Assembly (NCBI GenBank): GCA_048128005.1
Contig: JBEUKZ010000100.1
Coordinates: forward strand, 248,001-312,000
DNA length: 64,000 nt
From: Veleropilina oligotropha
Lineage: Eukaryota
Direction of reading: 5' to 3'
This document shows, in pieces, positions 23,001-38,000 of this stretch. The position numbers were made by a program, and so were the translations under genes. Numbering within the stretch: position 1 is the first letter of the stretch; every line of letters begins with the position of its first letter. Under the pieces are notes generated by a model. It searched no databases, was not told the DNA's origin, and saw nothing but the letters and a program-made list of their open reading frames with translations.

Positions 23001-26000
23001 CATTTGTCATGTAAGGTTTTCTTTTATGTGTATCATAAAAAACAAATCTACAGATCTATACAATACAAGCATCTAAAGAACTGTTATATTCGGAACAATT
23101 GCATCATTCCAGTCGGACATATGGGGCTTGCTAATTTTGAGAGTCACTAGAGACAATCCACCTAGCTGCTGGGTCACACAGAACGAGTGAGATTACAGAC
23201 TGTTGTAAGTATTACATTTACTCCCGGACGTAGGTAAGACATGGCTGCACAGATAGAAGTGTGGACTCACAATTCAATCACTTGATAGCTCTAGATCTGT
23301 CCAACAGGACTAGGTTCGAATGCTTGCCTGGTGAATGTGTTCAGTCAACAGTCACTGTTGTCCTACAACCTAAATGGATTGGTATGGGTGCATGGGTTTC
23401 CCATGGTGACTGGGCTTTCGTCCCGCGATAATATGGACAACTGTTATCACTGATTAATGCTTAATTAATATTGTAATATTAAATGGTGTTTGTGAAACAG
23501 AAAGTATTATATCTAGCACTGTAACGCATACTTTGCAGAAACAAACTATAGATTAGATATTACAATCAAACCCGACCAGCAATTATAGATTACGAAATAG
23601 ACTATAAAAAGTTCATAGGCCTCGCTTTGGAATGCCCCAATCCATTGTCGCAACTGCAGACAAAGAAACCGATATTCAGTTCAATTCAGCGGGCGAGACG
23701 AGACCAGCTTACAGTCTCAGTCAACACGAAACGAAGATTTTGATATGCCTACTTCTCCCATTCAAACAAGAAAGCAGAAAATCACCCAAACTGTCCACAT
23801 CATTCACACAGAAGGGCCGGCTATAATAAACGAGCCCATAGCAGACCAAACGAAAAATATCGGACCAATTTTACGGCGACGGGGCATACGATACGACCCC
23901 CAAAACAGAATAAACTGGACAAAGGTAAGTTGCGCAAGAACTTGCGAATAGACCTGCATATGTACCAAACGATGTAACAAAAATATCGAACTGAACGAGC
24001 AACGACCTTCCGCACCGCAAAGTGGAATCAAAACCGAAAAATCAATTCACGAAAGAAGCAAAACAGCAATCGACGGAGAAACGATGAACACCATATACGA
24101 GAACTGATATTAGAAGCAGGGCGCGGATCATGCACTAAGGCAAGGAAATTTGCAATAATTTCATACCGATCGATAAATGATGTAACTGCACAGACCGATG
24201 CCCATTTACTCATGCGTGCTCCACGCATCAGGGGATGACCAAAGTGTTAAATGCTTCGACACGCGATGCCCATTTACTCATGCGTGCACCACGTATAAGG
24301 GATCACCCAATTGTTAAATGCTTCGACATGGTTGCTAGAAAAAACCATCCACATTGACTAGGGTCTCGCCAGGTGAAAGTTTATTGAACTAGCGAAACAT
24401 CCAGATAAACAGTTTGTTAAATATCTTGTGAAGGTAACACGCCACAGCACACAGTAAGGCTACAGCAAGGCAATGCCACAACACACATGAAGGCAACACG
24501 CTACAGTACACAGCCACGCCACAGCACACAGCATGGCAACACGCCACTGCACACAGCAAGGTCACACGCCACAGCACACATCAAGGCCACACGCTACAGC
24601 ACACAGCAAGGCAACATGCCAAAGCACGCAGCATTACTAGCCAATCAAATTATCCGTGTCGTATGTCAGTATAGACGCTACTAAACAAATACAGATGCTG
24701 TGCACATCCGACATCCAAGTCGCGTTCGAACAAATAACTATTCACCTTTCGCCATGTCCACGGCATTAAGTGGGACGGCTTTTATTATTCTTTACTAGAC
24801 TCGTGTTTGGGTCCCGGTCACGCCCAACATTTTCGACCACTCGTCACAAGCAGTAGGCTCAACAATGGAGGCATACCAGACGGGCCTCAACTGTTTTCTA
24901 CTTTTTATTCGTCTCAGCAATGTTCCATCTTTCACTGGACTTCCCGAGTTGTCTGACGACATCATAATTCATTTGTTACACATTGTCAGTGTCTTACACA
25001 TACATTTTTTCCACCATCAAAAATTAATTGTGCGGCATACGTTTTGCCTATCTAAAGGTGGGATAGACAGCCCCGGCTGCCCCCTATCCGGTCACTATGG
25101 ATGCAACTTCCACGACTTTCCACCACATGTCGGTCGATCAGGAAGCATCAACCACAACCAAAGAAACATGCTTAACCATTCAGCACACATAGTATTACAA
25201 CTGACACAGCTTCTGAAATCTGGCGTGCTCTCGCCTTTCACATCACAGACCCTAGAAGCAGTCTTTCTAGTTGCGTTCTATGGATTCCTACGGTGCGGGG
25301 AATTCACAGTCAAGCAGAGTTTCGATCCAGAAATCAACCTTTGCATTGCTGATGCCTCCTTCAACGATCAGATATCAGCTAATATACGTTTAAAGTCGTC
25401 AAAACGGACCCATTCCAAAAAGGAGTGTCAGTGGCCCTATATACCTATAGTAATGCCACAATGTGCCCGGTCCTCTCTTTGAAAAGATAAATGCGATCTC
25501 GGACCAGGTTATGCCATTCATTACACGAACCGTTATTATCACTGAAGATAACCAGGACCTAACAAGGTCCGTGTTCATTGCAAATCTCAAAACATATTAA
25601 AGCAACTGAACTATGATCCGAACGCATACAGCGGACATTCGTTCAGAATCGGCGCAGCTACGTCAGCAGTGAAAGGTCAGGTTCCCGATCACCTGATCAA
25701 GACACAGGGCAGATGGACATCGGATAGCTATTGTCGCTACATTAAAATGTCACCAGACGTCATAGCTAAAGCACAAAGGGCTATGAACGGCGCGTAGCGC
25801 GAGAAACATGATACCACGTTGTAATCAAGTTCGCTCCGTCACGCGAACATACGGGCTAAGGGAGATAACCATTAACGAACACATTATCGTTTTTATATAC
25901 ATTAGTTATTTTATTTCATTGGCATTGGTGTTTACATAATTTTTAAACCGAGCCCACATTTTCATGTCTATATATATCCATTAATTTATTAACACATTAT

Positions 26001-29000
26001 CCTATCGGGCTTATATATGGTTATCTTTATAGGTTGCATTTATTCATATAGTACACGTGCACAACAAAAAAATTTAATTGTTATATTTTAACATTATTTA
26101 TTTATATGCTTACACTAATATGCGTTTATATATTAATATAATATAATTTATATTTATTCTTGGGGGCATTTCGGCTGCATGCACAACAAGCAACCTCATT
26201 ATGGCATCTATTTCAGTCCCATTTCCGGATTAAAATCTTAACCCAAGAATTGGGCACATTTCATTCCACCAGAATGTAACCTCGCTAATGGTGTTATACT
26301 ACGAATTTCTATAACTATTCTCATCATACAACATCCACGTTGTTAGTAACTTCGTCACAGTGTCGGCCGCTTCGGTAGAGCAGTGGGTAGAGTGTCCACT
26401 CTAACTTCACTGGCTTGTTTCCGCTGACGCGAACAGTAGTGGGATCGACCCCCGGCTGAGGCAGCACACATTTGTTCAAGTTATGAAGCAGTTGTCCGTG
26501 ACTGGCCGAAGAGGGTGGGTTTACCCGGCGACCGGGGTTTCCTCCCGCGATAACACGGACATGTCCTGCCTTGAACCTCGATGTTATAAACATACAGGAT
26601 ATTAAGCATAATTCCTCCTCCTCCTCCTCGTCACAGTGTCATCACACAGGTCGTGAACGGTCGCTTTGGTATCGAGTATTTGTAACTCCTCAGCTAACCA
26701 CAAACGTCTGTTCCACACAGGAGTCTACAAAGCATAAATAACCCGCCACACGGGCTGGCTGACTGTCACATCCCATGCAGCAACCACAAACGTCGGTTCC
26801 GGGGATTGCATCAGTCTGAAGCCTGGCGGGGACGTCGGATCGTTGTACCTCATCAGCTTACCACATACGTCGGTCCCACATATGGAGTAGAGCAATCCGC
26901 GTCTTCACTGTCCGTTCACAGAGCACTTACATAGCTCTTATCAGCCAGCCAGTTTGTCCCCATTAGCCAAATGTTTGTATGTTATTTTATATGATCAAAG
27001 TTTTATATAGTAAATAAATATTGTAACTGTCATCACGTCTTGAAGATCTGATTTCACAAATGAAAGCCAGCAACAGAATTTTTGCCAAATTCATATAACA
27101 CCATTTATGGATAAAGTACTGATATTTTCATGTAGTACTACATGCATAGAATTATGTGATTTATCAAATGAGCACATGATCAAAATCATCATCACGTACA
27201 GTCGTATTCACATCGAAATAGATTGATAAACAATCTAGAATTTAGAAGAAATGAAATAATTAGTATATTATTACCTCCAACTAAGAGAAAATTCTGAGGC
27301 TGTAACATCTTCACGAAACTTGAAATCATCCGATTTATCACCATTTAGCGTTCCACACAAACCTGAAGAAGTATGCACAATAGACTATACTATCTGGAGG
27401 CAAAATCTCATTACTGTTATACACTGTCAGATGTTCAGCATTGAAAATATTAATACAGTAATACATTATGCAACAATGACCTTTCCATGAATTTAAAAAT
27501 GAGCAATGTATTGTTCTGTAACTTTCCTCTTACAGCAAAATTTATGAATGAAATACATAATGATACATACATCGTCAATGTGAAAGTATACAACGTCAAT
27601 GTGAAAGTATACAACGTCAATGTGAAAGTATACAACGTCAATGTGAAAGTATACAACGTCAATGTGAAAGTATACAACATCAATGTGAAAGTATACAACG
27701 TCAATGTGAAAGTACTGAGACAAAGACTCTCAAAACCAGTATCGTTTTGATGCTAAGTGTCGCACTCCTTCAGTTGGCCAGGATCATAGAATTAACACAT
27801 GATGTTGAGGATGCCATACCTTCCGTGTGGCCCACATCGATTGCTGATGATTTAAGCCAGAGATTAATAAACCTATTGCCTTGGACATCCTGCATTTTCA
27901 CTTTAACATATGTCCCAGTTGGTAAGTAGATCTAAAACCAAAAAAGCAACTTTTAATCATAACTGGGAAATCAGTGTTTACTTCACCATCACTGAATGAT
28001 ATATCTGAATTCAGATTTTATGTCAAGGATATCTGCAGAAGCAGCAAAATGTTCTGAAATTACTATGCGATAAACCCTTGGTCAGTTTGTCACCACAAAA
28101 TCGAAATTTCAGTTCAACAACAGAACACTTTGAGTGTGTTGTATCAGGTATAATATATGTACCTAAAAGTGGATTACCACATAAAAATATATTGTATGTC
28201 CCAATACAAGATTTGCAGACATAGAATTAAAAATACTAAGCATCGGAAACAATCCCTTATAGCATAGGATAGCACTATTTTATCATGAGGATAATTATTA
28301 TTCTCAACTTAGGCACTATCCTGTCTTCATGAATACTATCCTTGAGGAGCTATTGTCAAGTATATTTGAAATTGCTGACTAGATCCTAGCTGAGCTATCT
28401 GCAATAATACAGATAGTGGTATCCTATCTTACCCGATATTCAGTTCCCTGGTAAAGACTAACGACTTTAGTTCCTGGTGTCAGTTCTCCATTCAAGTACA
28501 TGTGGAACTTCAGCGGTGTGCCGCTGGTAGCATACTTCTGCCCGCATTGATCTATAACAATGACATCATCGCCTGATCGCACCGCCACGGCACAGTTGCA
28601 TGAAGCGCGTGAATTGCATTTCCTGTAGAATGCTCGAATCTGAGAAATTAATAGTTGCAAGAAACAATATTGAAAGAAATCTGCATTAAATAATGGTCGA
28701 TCGATATTTAATTTTAGTCCACATATTGAATTATGATAGTTTATTCATACAAATGGCATTCAGTTTTAAGCCATAACTCAGCGGAACTGTGTAAACTGAA
28801 ATAAAATTTGCAGCAGATGGTCAATTGGTTCATGAACTGGTTTACATACATTGAGAATAATTCTGAATATATATAGTTACTGTTACAGTCACTGTAGTAA
28901 TTAAACTTTATTCAACTCGAGGGTACTTGATAGATCGCACATCTCCACTACGGTTATAAGAAGACTGGTTCTCAAGATATCATCGAAAATCTGGTGTTTT

Positions 29001-32000
29001 GGGCATTTTTGTTTAACTTTTCGCCGATTGTTACCATTACTGCTGAAACATTAGATCATATTAAAATGGAAAATAAGCCAGAATCGTCTTAGTTTATATC
29101 TTCTGAAGCTCAGTCGCCATGACAATAATGACTACTAATGAATTCTATCGCTGATCTAGTTGAATGCTCTTTTTGTGAAATATTCTTACATATACAGACA
29201 TCAAAACATGCACCATTCAGACAAAACATACACCATTCAGACAAAACTCTTTTGATATTTATTACCCTACCTCATATGGAAGTGTTGTATGTCTATATAA
29301 TATGAATTCTCCTTCGTAAAAATTGTCATAAGTTCTGAAAGACAAAATAATGACAAATAAACAGATTATGTTCGTGAATCTGTGTTAACGTTGTTGAACC
29401 AGAAACGTTCATATTTTTAAAGCAACAGTAAACAGGTTCCATGGTGTTCACGCTATTTAAAAATTAAAGCAGTTACACTAATCATGTCCGAGCTGTTTTT
29501 AGTAATTGCCCACAAACATTACGAAATTTATAAAAGTCTTGGCTATCTCAGTTTGAATGATCGCAAAATATGTTCTTGTAAAGTATACCAATTAATAAAC
29601 GCTAAATAATACAGCAGAGTAATGTATATGGATAAGACTTCCGCTCTCACTTCTCTCGCTTGACTGCTCTGATTATCAACTGGGCATGTTCTTCAACTAA
29701 GTCACAGTAGTCCATAAATGACTGGTGTCGGCATGTTTTACCGGGAGACCAGCTTCCTCCATCGATAACATAAATGACTGTTGTGGGCATGTTTTACCGG
29801 GAGACCATCTTCCTCCATCGATAACATAAATGACTGGTTTGGGCATGTTTTACCGGGAGACCAGCTTCCTCCATCGATAACATAAATGACTGGTGTGGGC
29901 ATGTTTTACCGGGAGACCAGCTTCCTCCATCGATAACATAAATGACTGGTGCGGGCATGTTTTACCGGGAGACCATCTTCCTCCATCGATAACATAAATG
30001 ACTGGTGTGGGCATGTTTTACCGGGAGACCAGCTTCCTCCATCGATAACACGGACATGTCCATCTATGACCTAAAGTTCACAACTTATTAAATTCACAGA
30101 ATACTCATTACAGACTTAAATGGGAATATCTCTAACAGTATTTCTATGGAAGGGGTTCTGTGCCATAATTCTCTGTATCTACATTACATTCCTATTTAGT
30201 CTTCTCTTCTTTGTATGTGTCATTCATTATAGTGCTAAGTTGTATGACTCATTCTATGTATGTAAGTTCCATTCATATAGTTGCAATGTCTCATTCTATG
30301 TATGTAAGTTTCATTCATATAGTTGCAATGTCTCATTCTATGTATGTAAGTTTCATTCATATAGTTGCAATGTCTCATTCTATGCATGTAACTTCCATTC
30401 ATATAGGTGCAATGACTCATTCTATGTATGTTAGTTCCATTCATATAGTTGTCAAGGATACCATTCATGTAGTTGTCAAGGACACCATTCATGTAGTTGT
30501 CAAGGAAACTACATCGATGGCAGTTAGCACTTACATGAATGCAATTTACATCAATGGAATAAACAATGGCATTTTAAGCAAATGAAAGACAAATCATGCT
30601 AATTTACCATGCTAGATAACTATGGATACATGGTTTCCTGTTTATATATTCAAACCTCCTGTTTATATATTCAAACCTTAGAAGTGCAAAGTTTACTTTT
30701 GTCACATCCATAACTTGTTAATTGAATGATCAGTTCAAACATTTTGTATGCATGCTTACACAACGGCTCTTTTGTTTTGAAGAGGTTGGTATTCAGCGTG
30801 AACACCTTGTTTTCAATGACAATTCAAAAGTAGGGTGGTATAGCCATACCGCCCTACTTTTCACTCTATACCGACCTGCATCGGTAAGTCGGTTACAAAC
30901 CTCGTTAGTCGGTATTCATCGATTTGAAAGACCTGCTTCCGTGCGGTAACACCTCGACCGCTTCGCGGTCTCGGTGTCACGATCCGCACGGGCGCAGGTC
31001 TTTCAAATCGATGAACACCTCCAACTCGGTTAGTAACCTATACGTATTACTCATACCGTATTGACGCTCATTAATAGGCCATGGTCTTATACCTGGAATT
31101 GTGAATTTTTGTTTTATTGTCATATTTTAAAACTGTTCACATACAATATATATAAGGCCATGGCCCTATAACCGAATACTAGTATAATGAAGGCCACCCC
31201 ATTTACTGGCATATAAGGACACCTTTTTGCTTATTTCAATTAATCGTTTAATACTGGCTCCATTCATCAGCTGAAATAAACGGTAGTTTGCAGTTAAAAG
31301 ATCCCTGGGGCATTAATCGTGCGCATACTCATGACCAATGGCCATTTTGGACAAGATTTACGGACTTTATCTTGCAATTTTAGCATTAATCCTTTAAGGT
31401 TAGGAATATACTATATATGTGCATTAGGGTCACTGATTTAGTAAGCAGGGTCAGCTAACTCTATAATTGCATGAGGACCCTTAAACTGCAAGCGCTCCAT
31501 ACATTTTGTTCGGGTTAAAATGTAGGCCTACAATTGCAAATTTCCAATAAATAATTTTTCTTACTGAATACCAGATTCAACTTGACTTTTTGATCCTGAT
31601 AATCCCTACAATTCGTCTTCTTTCTATGTCGTAAAATTTAATTTAATTTAATTTAATGATTTGTCTTTCATTTGCTTAAAATTCCATTGTTTATTCCATT
31701 GATGTAAATTGCATTCATGTAAGTGCTAACTGCCATCGATGTAGTTTCCTTGACAACTAAATGTGAATGGTGTCCTTGACAACTATATGAATGGTATCCC
31801 TGACAACTATATGAATGGAACTTACATACATAGAATGAGACAATGCAACTCTATGAATGAAACTTACATACATAGAATGAGACATTGCAACTATTTGAAT
31901 GGAACTTACATACATAGAATGAGACATTGCAACTATTTGAATGGAACTTACATACATAGAATGAGACAATGCAACTATATGAATGAAACTTACCTACATA

Positions 32001-35000
32001 GAATGAGACATTAGCACTATAATGAATGACACATACAAAGAAGAGAAGACTAAATAGGAATGTAATGTAGATACATAGAATTATGGCACAGAACACCTTC
32101 CATATATTTCCAGTATATATATACTAAACTAAATGCATGGAAACCAAACTGCAACCTTTCTAAATGGCTGTACAAATATTAACAATAATTATACTGATAG
32201 TGTGATCTTTGGGACTCAGAGATGATTGAGCAAAGGCAATTTGCCCTCTGATGGCAGAAACTGAACCCTAGAAGCATTACCGGTACTAGCGTTCAGATTT
32301 TCTTCATTTGACCATGGTGGCACTGGCGTACCAAACAAGCAATAAGGCTCCATCACATGGTCATTGAGCCAAGGTTTTATTAGTCTTACATATATATAAC
32401 TCTTCAGGAATAACGTACCGTCCGTCAAAAGTCCTCATATGAGGATCATTAATCGAGGAGCAGAGAGATGACGTATCGTAATCGACAATTGTCAACTGAA
32501 AACATACCGTTTATAAAAATCAACAATTTGTCAAAATGTATAAAAGCAGTACATGTATACAAAACAATACATCAATTTAAATATTTTGCTAAAATAACAA
32601 TAATTAGATCTCTTCTGATGGCAATGTGTAATTACCAAATTCCAGCTAAAAAGGAATTCATCACTTCGACTTTGCAATATTACACAACAACCACCCCCTC
32701 CCCCCAATGTGTTTAAAGATGCTGATTCTGCCTCGTTACTTAATTTACAATCGAAAGAACACTACAAGTGGGGTAATATTATGTGTTCGGGTTAAACACA
32801 TAATATTACCCCACTTGATGATTCAAAATGTTAAAATGTAGCATAACGTATTCTAATTATTAGATAATAACTTCAGTCATAGACATAATTTTAGCGTCAA
32901 CGATTGAATTGAATCTTTATGTTCAGATAATATATTGTTATCGATACAAAATATATATATTGATATGGTCCAAACTCCGTCTTTTATTCAATATCGACGT
33001 TTTAAACATATATTATCATATCTTATATTTTATTTCTGGATATGATCTCTAAACCAGCTTAACGTTATGCAAAGAATACATAAATAAAGAGTTAGATTAA
33101 TTGGGGTTAAATCCCACTTTATGAGAGTGAAGTGGATTCAGCATCTTTAATATGAAATATTACTTTGATCACAATAAAGAATTTCCAAAAAATTTCCTGC
33201 ACAAATTTTGTTTATTTCTTCTGCTTAAGAACAGCATCTTTTATAACAAAGAATAAAATTTTATAACAAGAATGCCTTCAACATGAGAATTTCTGACCCT
33301 AAAAATATAGTTTCCATACCTGTGTAGATATCATCACATAGCTTAAAATTTGTGTTTGTGCATAAACAGAACACGTTGTGGTCAGTGTTCGTTCTTGGCT
33401 CTTGTCCATCAAGAAGTCATGTGTCCCCTTAATCGGGAACCTCAGTTCTGACTGCCAGTTGGCCATGGTGAATCGAAGCATGCATGGCTCTTGAAACGCG
33501 TCGTCAGCCACAAATCCAACCACGGCCTGAATCAAGTCCTCTCCCCCGCACTTTGGTTCATTCTTCGCTTCCAAGCTGACTTGTAATGCTACGTAAAAAA
33601 GTCAACATCATATTTAATTTCAAGACTCCTTAAACGCCCAATTATTTATATGATATAGAAAGGGGTGTCGCAAAATTGCGACGGTGGCACTTAAAGGTTA
33701 AAATGAACAAAAAGTTAAGATTTTTTTTATGTCAATTATTATGATAATGCATCATGTATGATATGAATATTATCTTTAGTGTTTTATTTTATGGCAGACT
33801 CCATTTTTCTGTAAAATGTTAATTTAACAATTTAAACTGAGCAATTATACTATTTGACAGTTGTCTCTTGGTATCTGATCACAATATATGTAGTTAAAAA
33901 TACAAGATATAATTGATAATTAACTAATACAAGTATAGCAACACAAATATCGATAAACATCTCGACCTACTTATGTAACACTGAGCGAAATTTGTTTCAT
34001 TGTGACAGAAGAATACTGGAGGGAAATTGAGATTAGCTGTCAAAAACTCCGCTGGGCCAATTTCACCAACAGTCAAGCTCTCAGGAATCTAAAATGTATA
34101 TAGAACGAAAAAATAACTAAATTAAAAATATAAAAAATCAATGAAGATATATATATATATTAATGTAAAAATTCTTTCAAACGAAAATATCGCATAATAT
34201 CTGCACATAATCTATGTATTTAGATATATCATGTGGTAATGCGGTAACAATAAGTCTGTTAACAAGTAACTGAAACATTTCTAGCCTATATTCGAAGTCT
34301 AGTGCTGACTAATATATTAATTTGTTACAGAGGGATTTGGCCTTGGACACAGTACCCTAGCCACAAGTGGCCAGGATTCATCCCATACATATATAGAAAC
34401 TATTACTGGTTGGACAAACTGAGAAACTCACACCATACATGTCTTGTATTTGTTAACTTTGAAGAAAAATGCTAATTTAAAAGTAACAATTCATTCTAAG
34501 TGTCAGCCATTATTGCACAAATAATGTAAAATAGTACGTAGTTGAACCAATGTCATGGCTTCCATTCTGTGTTGTTTTTTTCTGTAAGAAGTTGTGCAGG
34601 CCAACAATGCAAATCTTTCAATTTTTACGGTCACCTTGATTTCCGTCTGGATGACATTACTGCTCTTTACAGGGCTGTAGGTTTCATCGCAACGATTTTC
34701 ATAGCAAGCTTCCAAAACACAGCGGATCTGAATATAAAATGCACAGTAAAACATTTTAAAAGTTTTTTGATTTTAACAAATACTGTAAAACATTGAACAT
34801 TACTTCGAATCAGCAATCCACGCCTGACTTCACACCAAATGTTAATCATAAGTCAGTCATAAAAAGAATCATATTTCACAACAAATATGTATGAAAAGTT
34901 GGTCACATTATTAGTCTACAAAACCGAGGCTTAAAGGTTTATAATCTGAAATTGCAGTTACCCTCATGTCGTTTATTTTTACTGCTCTATTCATATAAGT

Positions 35001-38000
35001 GGGTTCGAATCTGCAGCTAGGCACTCTGTTCAGATAACGGTCACATATGTGACCGGAGAGTGGGGTTCAACGGATATTACAGCCTTGCCTCACAACGATG
35101 ATAAGACAGGTCTAAATATGGCCGCAGATGTTACAATGGGACAATAAACAAAAACAATTACATTAATTAATACATGTGTAAGATATAAAAATTCAATATT
35201 AAAGGAAATTAAATGTTCTTTACCGAATCACCAAAAGTGAAATTGGTCAGGTCCCCTGGTCTGAGAATGCTGATGGTTGTATTTTCGTCAGTGATTTCAT
35301 CGACGACGATATCACGGCCCGCGTACCATGTGACCCAGTATGAGGCCGGTTCCTCCAGGTCCGTCTCATTAGCCCTAGTGAATGCACATGACAAGTGCTT
35401 GTGTTGGATGTCCAGTGTCAGCTCGGGGCTGTACCGCAATAAGGGATAATCTGGGAAAAACATATTTAGTTACCTGAATGTCAAGAACGCAGCGAGAATG
35501 AGCTCTCCACTTTGACTCACATATTCTAATTTTAAATAATAAATAAACATTTCATATAAACTGAAAAATAGCAAAACGAACAAGTACTGACCCTAATTAA
35601 TGTTTGCAGCAAGTTTCGGGAAGGTAGCCTACATGAGTTCAGAGATATGCTCCAGACAAAGCTTCCTAATCATAGTCTTATTTCAAAATTTATAAAAATT
35701 AAATTTTCAGAATTTGTCAGTAGCAAAAGGCACACTGTCAGTCAAGTAGTACTCTATAGTTAATGTGAGTAAACATGTCAGGAAGTTACCCAATATGTTT
35801 TATAGGATAATCTGCTCCAGACAAAGTCTGCAACCATGATTATAGTTTTTCTCAACTTTATTTCAGAATTTATTAAGAATAACTTTGTAATTTGCAAAAG
35901 GCACATGCATACTCAGTTTAATAAGGTATGTACGAAGTTCATGAAATTAGCTTTTACAGTTTTTGAGATATTCTTCTAAAAATGCCTCACCCATTATTAG
36001 TGTGCCATAGAAACAATTTCAGAAATTGAAAGTAACAAAAGCCACCGTATTCACTATTTATAATTAACAGGTGTAACAAATTTCAGGAAGCTAGTATGCA
36101 CGCCTTTGGGATATGCTCGGAACGATATATATATATATATCCCCAACTGTATTATCAAGAAATACTCACTAATTATTATTCAAAAATTGTGAATATCAAG
36201 ATTAGTGGCTTCCATGGCAAAAGATTTAAAGAAAATTTATGTTCAGAACTATTATGATGTATGACACGCCATTCTGCAGCTGTTTCTCGACAAATGAATG
36301 TTCACTTGCCTCCCTTGAATGTCCAACTGTTGACGCTGAATTCGTTGAGACAGAGGAGAGTGTCATTATCCACTTTTCGGTCGCCTGCGTTGTAGCAATC
36401 ACCATCAATGAAGCAGGTGTCCCTCTGAAATTGATATGTTAACATGGCACCGAGCATTAAATTTTTAGATTATAGCTAGATGCTTATAATTACCACATCA
36501 GCTAAACGAGAGTACTACGAGAAATAGTGTCAAAGTTACGCAAAATTTGGAATATTGATAAAAATTTATTAATATAATGACAAGAATGCCACTGAAATAT
36601 AAAAGTAAATATTTTCCAAAGTAATATTCATATAATCAGCTTTATTAGTGGCCACTTCTCTCCAATATGAATATGTTATGTCATTACTAAAAGAACACAT
36701 CTACATACACAGAAGCATCATTACTGCATGTATTTCATGATAAAAGAAACAAATGTGGTACCTAAAACAAACTAGAAACCATTGTCATTGAATACATTTC
36801 ACAGGCGTGTGACCCTGAAAAATTGGCCATCATCACCAATCATCTTCGAAAGCGAACTTTTTCAAGGAACGCCCGAGGGGACCTATGCACGAAATATATC
36901 ATGCATTACATGTCGATTTATGTTACACAGAAGGTGGGACAAACTGATATTCCAAATGCTATATGCGTGGGGAATAAAAATAAGGATACCCCAAAGGCTA
37001 AGTTAGTATGAGCATTGCACTCAATTCACTTGTACTGACTGCACGGGAAATGTAGGTGTGGGTTCGATGCCGGTCACAGACTTTACAGAACAAACAGTCA
37101 CAAGGACACAAACTGCTTGGAGCAGCTGGTTTTCCCCACTTGTTCGAGTTTTCAACAGAATATACCATCTAAAATAAGGGTTTAAATTATATATAATTTT
37201 AGATACTATGCACGATTTGGCATAAGTGTGTTCGCAAACTATATATGCGACTAAAGCAAAATAACTTTTAATTACCTCGTAGTGGCATCCACCGTAGTTG
37301 CATGTCAAACACTCAGCTCTGTAGACAAGGTAGTAGAGCATGTCGGTGTAGATATTCGGAACATTACTGATGGTGATCTGGTAGCTAATGATGCTGACCG
37401 GGGCTACACACGTAATAGTGTTGTAGTTGACATACATGGCTTGAACGGAAATAGAGTTTCCCGTTGCTTCAAATCTACCCTCAAATATCTGAAATATAGT
37501 TAAAAATAAGCACAAATTTGCCTAGATTTGCTTCATCATGCAAGACTGATCTATTTTCTAATTTGTGTTAGAATATGCTATGTCGACCATGAGTTTCTGA
37601 CCTTTCCGACGCTCTACCTGTAAAGTTATCCAGCACAGTTTCTAAATAATTAGCACTAGGGCTGTCCCACAGCGGATGTGTTCTCCGACGTCCGCTCATG
37701 GTGCATAATGTCTCAGAAACAGAGAGCACCGAGAGGGATTGGAGTTTTATAATGTTTCAGAAACAGAGAGCACCAAGAGGGATTGGAGTTTTATAATGTC
37801 TCAGAAACAGAGAGCACCGAGAGGGATTGGAGTTTTATAATGTCTCAGAAACAGAGAGTACCAAGAGGGATTGGAATTTTAATAGATAAATATATAATAA
37901 GGCATATAACATCGCCATACAGGAAAGGTAATTCTGTGACAAAATGAAAATTTAAAATGATAAATGAATTATTTTAAATTTATAGTAGAACATTTTCCTA

